This document shows positions 59,233-64,000 of a stretch of 64,000 bases of DNA, piece by piece. A program made the translations under genes and the position numbers. Each line of letters begins with the position of its first letter. The stretch's first letter is position 1. The notes beneath the pieces were generated by a model. That model was not told the origin of the DNA, did no database searches, and worked only from the letters and a program-made list of their open reading frames with translations. The stretch comes from a virus (taxonomy: Duplodnaviria > Caudoviricetes): the IMG/VR virus record IMGVR_UViG_3300043443_000351, positions 107-64,106 of that record; one strand, 5' to 3'.

Positions 59233-60146
59233 CCGGATGTAGTGGTTTGGTTGGAATTCATTTAGTAAAAAAATGTTTAGAAAGGGGATATGATGTAATT
59301 GGTGTAGATTTGAAATATTCGGATAATTTACCAAAATCGGATAACTTTACTTTTTATGAATTAGATTTAACTAATGAAGAAAATGTAAGAAATTTGTTTT
59401 TTTATGAAATGCCAGATATAGTATTAAATTGCTTTGGTATTAAAGGTTCTCCATTAAGAGCAAAAACAAAACCCGTAGATTTTTTATATCCATCCTTTAA
59501 GATTAATACTGAAATTATACATCAATGCGCTAAACATAACATATGGTTAGTATTTGTAAGTTCAGTTGGAGTATATGCGCCGGCTGAAAAATTCATTGAA
59601 GATAGTGTATGGAAAACTTTACCATCGGAAGCGGATTGGTTTCCATCGTGGAGTAAACGAATGGGAGAAATTTTATTAGAATCATACAAAGTTCAATTTA
59701 ATTATGATAAATGGTCAATAATCAGACCTGCAAATATTTTTGGTGAATATGATGATTTTAGTGGAAATGGAACTGTAATAGCAACTCAATGTAAAAAAAT
59801 ATTTGAAGCAACAAATGAAATTGAAGCGTGGGGCGATGGTACACCAATTAGAGATTTTGTATATGCCGGCGATGTAGCTGATGCTATTTTAGATTTATAC
59901 GAACGTAAGTTACATACTACAATTAACTTTGGAGCAGGCGAAGAAATTACAATCAAATCTATGATTGAGCAACTAATAGAAATTAGTGGAAAAAATATAT
60001 CTATAAAATGGGATACATCTAAACCAAATGGAGATATGCGTAGGCAGATGGATACCACAAAGCAAACTGAAATTGGACTATTACCAAAATTAGGTTTCAA
60101 AGAAGCATTGAGAAAAACGTACAATCATTACATTAATGGAAAATAA
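59202..60146 (+). CDS. GDP-L-fucose synthase-like extended SDR
   Basis: TGCSGLVG, RPANIFGEYD and WGDGTPIRDF motifs; the YxxxK position reads PSWSK. Confidence 0.8.
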   Translation: MDKAYNKILITGCSGLVGIHLVKKCLERGYDVIGVDLKYSDNLPKSDNFTFYELDLTNEENVRNLFFYEMPDIVLNCFGIKGSPLRAKTKPVDFLYPSFKINTEIIHQCAKHNIWLVFVSSVGVYAPAEKFIEDSVWKTLPSEADWFPSWSKRMGEILLESYKVQFNYDKWSIIRPANIFGEYDDFSGNGTVIATQCKKIFEATNEIEAWGDGTPIRDFVYAGDVADAILDLYERKLHTTINFGAGEEITIKSMIEQLIEISGKNISIKWDTSKPNGDMRRQMDTTKQTEIGLLPKLGFKEALRKTYNHYINGK

Positions 60147-61212
60147 GTTACACATTGTTACATCGGGTTGTTCATTCACTCACAATTATAGAATGAATAT
60201 ATCTTTGCCAGAAATGGAGGATAGATGGAAAAACGACCCAAAGCAAGATTACACTTGGTTTCATTGGTTATGGAGAAAGTTAGATAAAGATGCTGAATTT
60301 CACAATTATGGAACTATTACAAACGATAACAAAACCATTTGCCGTTCTATCTTTTATAAGGTAAATGATTTGATTTTTAATCAAAAGGTTAATCCAAAAG
60401 ATATTATTGTAATCGCACAATGGACTACATTGACTCGTAATTCATTTTTTATTTCACCATCTAAATACAAAGAAAATCCAAAAAACGATTTAACAAAATT
60501 GTGGTTGGAAAAAAATGATTCACATCCGCATACAAATGATTTTATCAAATTTGGAGAAAAAGAACATTGTTATCAGCACGGATACTATTATTTAACAGGT
60601 GGTTATAATTTAACAGACCATCCTGGCAAAGTAGATGAATTTTGTGCACACTACTTAGATAGTGTAATGTCTAAAGAGGAAAGATATATCGATTGGTTTG
60701 ATTCCTTAATTGGATTATTAAGTTGGTTGGAGAAAGTTGGAGTTACCAAATTCCATTCATTCAATATGAATAATAACTTCTCAAAGCCAGCATTAGAAGC
60801 AAGAACTCCACCATTTCATATTTGGGATAATCCAAAATACGGAACTCCATATCAACAAATGATAGAACAAAAGAAAGTGGAAAATACTTGGGGTAGTGGA
60901 TTAATGATATATGATAATCCATATGTAAAAATGTATTCGGATAGAATAGATTTTGATAAATATTTTTGGTTTTTTGAAGAAAATTCCGTACATTCGTATG
61001 GAGGAATTATAGAATGGAGTATTAGAAACTTTGACTATAATTTATTGGATGGTAATTATGATTTACCAAAAGTATTGTGGAGAGAAATGAATGGATTGGA
61101 TATTGAAGGTCAAAAACAATATTTAGAAAAAAGTTGGTATGGGCACACATCATCCATATTGACTCATAAATTTGTAAATGATGTTGTTTTAAATTGGGAA
61201 ATTTTTAAATAA
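60136..61212 (+). CDS. SGNH-like protein (GCSFT type)
   Basis: SGCSFT, QWT...R and GHTS motifs. Confidence 0.55.
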   Translation: MENKLHIVTSGCSFTHNYRMNISLPEMEDRWKNDPKQDYTWFHWLWRKLDKDAEFHNYGTITNDNKTICRSIFYKVNDLIFNQKVNPKDIIVIAQWTTLTRNSFFISPSKYKENPKNDLTKLWLEKNDSHPHTNDFIKFGEKEHCYQHGYYYLTGGYNLTDHPGKVDEFCAHYLDSVMSKEERYIDWFDSLIGLLSWLEKVGVTKFHSFNMNNNFSKPALEARTPPFHIWDNPKYGTPYQQMIEQKKVENTWGSGLMIYDNPYVKMYSDRIDFDKYFWFFEENSVHSYGGIIEWSIRNFDYNLLDGNYDLPKVLWREMNGLDIEGQKQYLEKSWYGHTSSILTHKFVNDVVLNWEIFK

Positions 61213-61216
61213 AAAT

Positions 61217-62209
61217 ATGAAAAAAACAGATAAAATCTTAGTTACAGGTGCAAGTGGATTCATTGGTTCACGCTTATTAAAAATGTTATATGAAAATGGT
61301 TACACTAATTTAAGAGCAACCACTTTTGCAAGAGATTTAAGAAATGATTTTGCAGGAACTCAATTTGTAGAACACATTAAAGGAGATTTACAAACCGCAG
61401 AATTTTGTGAAGAAGTTGTTAAAGGAATAGATGTAGTATTTCATTGTGCGGCAAACACATCTAATGCATTGGATACAAAAGTAAATCCATTGATACATGT
61501 TACAGCCAATGTTGAAATGAATGTGAATTTGATGGAGCAGGCATGGAAAAACTCCGTTCGTAAATTTATGTATATTTCATCAAATACAGTATACCCAAAT
61601 ATCGGTAGTGAGTATTGTACCGAAGATATTGAAGTGCAATCGCCAAACATATATCCGGCATATAAAGCAGTGGGTAATATGAAACGCTATGGTGAAACAC
61701 TTTGTGATTTCTTATCGAACCATATTCATAATCCTATGCAATGTATAATCATTAGACCTTCAAACGCATTTGGACCAAATGATAAATATGATTACGAAAA
61801 ATGTCACGTTACTCCTGCTAACATCCGTAAGGTAGCGGATGGACTGAATCCAATTCCGGTATGGGGTGATGGTACTGAAGTGAGAGATGTAATTCACGTT
61901 GATGATATGGTTAGTGGATTTATATGTGTTGCTGAAAATGTTGATAAATATGATGTTTACAATGTATGTTACGGAAGTGGATACACTGTTAATGAGGTTT
62001 TAAATACTATTAAATCGATTGAAAATAACGATAACCCAATTGATTATGTAAGTAATAAAGCACCTATGATTCCCGTTAGATTATTATCCAATAAGAGATT
62101 AAAGCAATTGGGATGGAAACCTAAATATGATTTGAGAAGTGGATTAGAAGATGCGTTGAAATGGTATAAAGAACATAAAAACGAATTCAATCCAAATTCA
62201 AAACCTTAA
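61217..62209 (+). CDS. GDP-L-fucose synthase-like extended SDR
   Basis: TGASGFIG, RPSNAFGPND, HVTPA and WGDGTEVRD motifs; the YxxxK position reads VGNMK. Confidence 0.82.
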   Translation: MKKTDKILVTGASGFIGSRLLKMLYENGYTNLRATTFARDLRNDFAGTQFVEHIKGDLQTAEFCEEVVKGIDVVFHCAANTSNALDTKVNPLIHVTANVEMNVNLMEQAWKNSVRKFMYISSNTVYPNIGSEYCTEDIEVQSPNIYPAYKAVGNMKRYGETLCDFLSNHIHNPMQCIIIRPSNAFGPNDKYDYEKCHVTPANIRKVADGLNPIPVWGDGTEVRDVIHVDDMVSGFICVAENVDKYDVYNVCYGSGYTVNEVLNTIKSIENNDNPIDYVSNKAPMIPVRLLSNKRLKQLGWKPKYDLRSGLEDALKWYKEHKNEFNPNSKP

Positions 62210-63318
62210 TGGATAACAAAGAGGAAATACTTAAAAAATACGTTTGTGAGATGCCATTTATGTACAGCGATGTACAATGGTCATCTCAATTCGTATGCTG
62301 TCCTTCTTGGGCACCACAAAGTATTAGAGTAGATGTTAATGGAAATGAAAGTTGGTTGCCAGTAAATGAAACCGATGATGTAATGCGAAATTGGACATCT
62401 ACTCAAGCTCAAAATATTCGTAAATCGGTATTGGATGGTACTTACAAATATTGTGACCACAAAATATGCCCGAGATTAAACGAATTAATAAATACGGGCA
62501 GAAAACCATATTTGTTTAGAGAGATGGATGATTTCAGAGAAGTTTACAATATTCATACCGAAGAAGATGTAATAAATTATTCAACTCCACCTGAAGAAAT
62601 TCTTTTTGGATTTGATAGAAGTTGTAATTTAAGATGCCCATCGTGTAGAGTATCATTAATACCAAACGATGATTTGGAATCTCCACAACATAAAGCAAAG
62701 TTACATTTGTTAAAATCAATTGAAGATAATTTCGCAAGTAATTTAAAAAGAATTATGGTAACCGGAAGTGGTGACCCATTTTATTCTAAAATTTACAGAG
62801 ATTATTTGATAAACTTTGATATAACAAAATATCCTAATTTAGAACAATTACAAATAATTACAAATGGTAATTTGTTAGATGAAAAGTTATGGAATCAAAT
62901 GAAAGCGAGTCCATATATTAAAACAATAGAAATCAGTATTGATGCTGGAACAAAAGATACTTATGAAAATAAGACTAGATTAAATGGTAATTGGGATAGA
63001 TTGATAAACAATCTAAAATTTTTATCAACACGCAATACAATAGATGAATTCATATGTTCTATGGTTGTTAGTAAATACAACTATAAAGAAATGTACACAT
63101 TCTACGAAATAATAACTGATATATTTAAAGATTCTACGTTTGATTTAGTAATAAATTATAGACAATTAGTTGATTGGGGAACATACTCACAAGAAACATT
63201 AAAAGAATTGCAAGTATTTAATGAAGAGCATGAATTGTTTAATGAATTTTTAGAAGAAGTAAATAAAATAGATAATAAGAAATTTGTGAACCACAATTTT
63301 CATCATTTAAAAAAATAA
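62209..63318 (+). CDS. Radical SAM protein with N-terminal Cys-rich region
   Basis: CNLRCPSC, GSGDPF, ISIDA, plus CEMPF/CCPSW/CDHKIC. Confidence 0.88.
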   Translation: MDNKEEILKKYVCEMPFMYSDVQWSSQFVCCPSWAPQSIRVDVNGNESWLPVNETDDVMRNWTSTQAQNIRKSVLDGTYKYCDHKICPRLNELINTGRKPYLFREMDDFREVYNIHTEEDVINYSTPPEEILFGFDRSCNLRCPSCRVSLIPNDDLESPQHKAKLHLLKSIEDNFASNLKRIMVTGSGDPFYSKIYRDYLINFDITKYPNLEQLQIITNGNLLDEKLWNQMKASPYIKTIEISIDAGTKDTYENKTRLNGNWDRLINNLKFLSTRNTIDEFICSMVVSKYNYKEMYTFYEIITDIFKDSTFDLVINYRQLVDWGTYSQETLKELQVFNEEHELFNEFLEEVNKIDNKKFVNHNFHHLKK

Positions 63319-63319
63319 T

Positions 63320-63862
63320 ATGAGTACACCACAATATTCTCCATATAAAGATGCATTAACAAATGCTATGACGGAATTATCTAAATTAGATGATACAATC
63401 TTTATTGGACAGCAAATAGTTTATGCAGGAAATCCGATGAGTACAACTTTAGGAAATGTTCCAAAAGAAAAAATGATTGAAGTGCCTGTTATGGAAGAAA
63501 CGCAAATGGGTATGAGTTTGGGATTAGCTATTGCCGGTAAAAGAGTTATTACATTTTATCCTCGTTGGGATTTTATTGTATCAGCAGCTAATCAAATGAT
63601 TAACCATTTAGATAAGTTTGAAATTATGACAGGAAAAAAACCAAATGTAATTATTAGATTGGGTAAAGGCTCTGATACGCCATTGGACCCCGGTCATCAA
63701 CATAAAGGAAATTATATTGAGGAATTCAAATCATTATGTAAGAACATTGAATTCCACGATTTAAAAACTCCATCTGATATAGAATTAGCATATACTTATG
63801 TTATAAAAGAAGGTGGTATTCATTGCTTAGTTGAATACCCTGAATTATACTACCAAAATTAA
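63320..63862 (+). CDS. E1 beta-like subunit (pyrimidine-binding domain only)
   Basis: FIGQQI, EVPVMEETQMGMSLGLA and DFIVSAANQ motifs; 180 aa, lacks the C-terminal domain. Confidence 0.85.
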   Translation: MSTPQYSPYKDALTNAMTELSKLDDTIFIGQQIVYAGNPMSTTLGNVPKEKMIEVPVMEETQMGMSLGLAIAGKRVITFYPRWDFIVSAANQMINHLDKFEIMTGKKPNVIIRLGKGSDTPLDPGHQHKGNYIEEFKSLCKNIEFHDLKTPSDIELAYTYVIKEGGIHCLVEYPELYYQN

Positions 63863-63866
63863 TATT

Positions 63867-64000
63867 ATGAAAAAATTACTTAAAAAAATTCCAATTATAT
63901 CTTTTTTTGTAAAAAAATATGAAGAAAGACAATCTAAAAAAAGAATTCAAAAAAAGTTAGAAGAACTTAAAAAAAGAGACCCATTCATCTATAAATCATT
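63867..64000 (+). CDS. Small basic protein (3'-truncated by window edge)
   Basis: MKKLLKKIPIISFFVKKYEERQSKKRIQKKLEELKKRDPFIYKS..., open to the window end. Confidence 0.55.
   Translation, partial: MKKLLKKIPIISFFVKKYEERQSKKRIQKKLEELKKRDPFIYKS

Noticed and set aside
1-64000. Giant eukaryotic virus origin (P4H, GT7, SET, Mre11-Rad50 fusion) or stop-codon recoding
   Set aside because: Contractile-tail baseplate genes, a sigma factor and bacterial promoters indicate a bacteriophage. Long ORFs are intact and TAA, TAG and TGA all act as stops, so the standard code fits.

Overview
AT-rich (roughly 30% GC by eye), gene-dense and almost entirely + strand segment of a large tailed dsDNA phage, probably a jumbo myovirus. 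Evidence: T4 gp25-, gp6- and gp5-like baseplate genes, a gp55-like sigma factor, a primase, an endonuclease I and a fused Mre11-Rad50. Five TTTG-N20-TAnnTTTG-type promoters and no obvious Shine-Dalgarno sites point to a Bacteroidota host. Layout: (1) 1-5.6 kb, nine consecutive, mostly modifying-enzyme genes that all end in the same kind of C-terminal peptide; (2) 5.6-14.6 kb, auxiliary genes (HD hydrolase, Hsp20, UvsE, nucleotidyltransferase, deformylase, sigma factor, carbamoyltransferase); (3) 14.6-32.3 kb, baseplate and tail structural module; (4) 32.3-37 kb, DNA processing genes; (5) 37-64 kb, a tail fibre followed by a large glycosylation cluster. The top candidate system is a plant-like hydroxyproline O-glycosylation module: a Pro/Thr-rich extensin-like protein, an HPAT (GT95)-like glycosyltransferase fused to an SGNH domain, and a prolyl 4-hydroxylase, adjacent and downstream of the same putative late promoter motif as the virion genes. 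The second highlight is the shared C-terminal tag. Family assignments come from motifs recognised by eye; no database search or computation was run. No tRNA, rRNA, CRISPR array, intron or intein was recognised.
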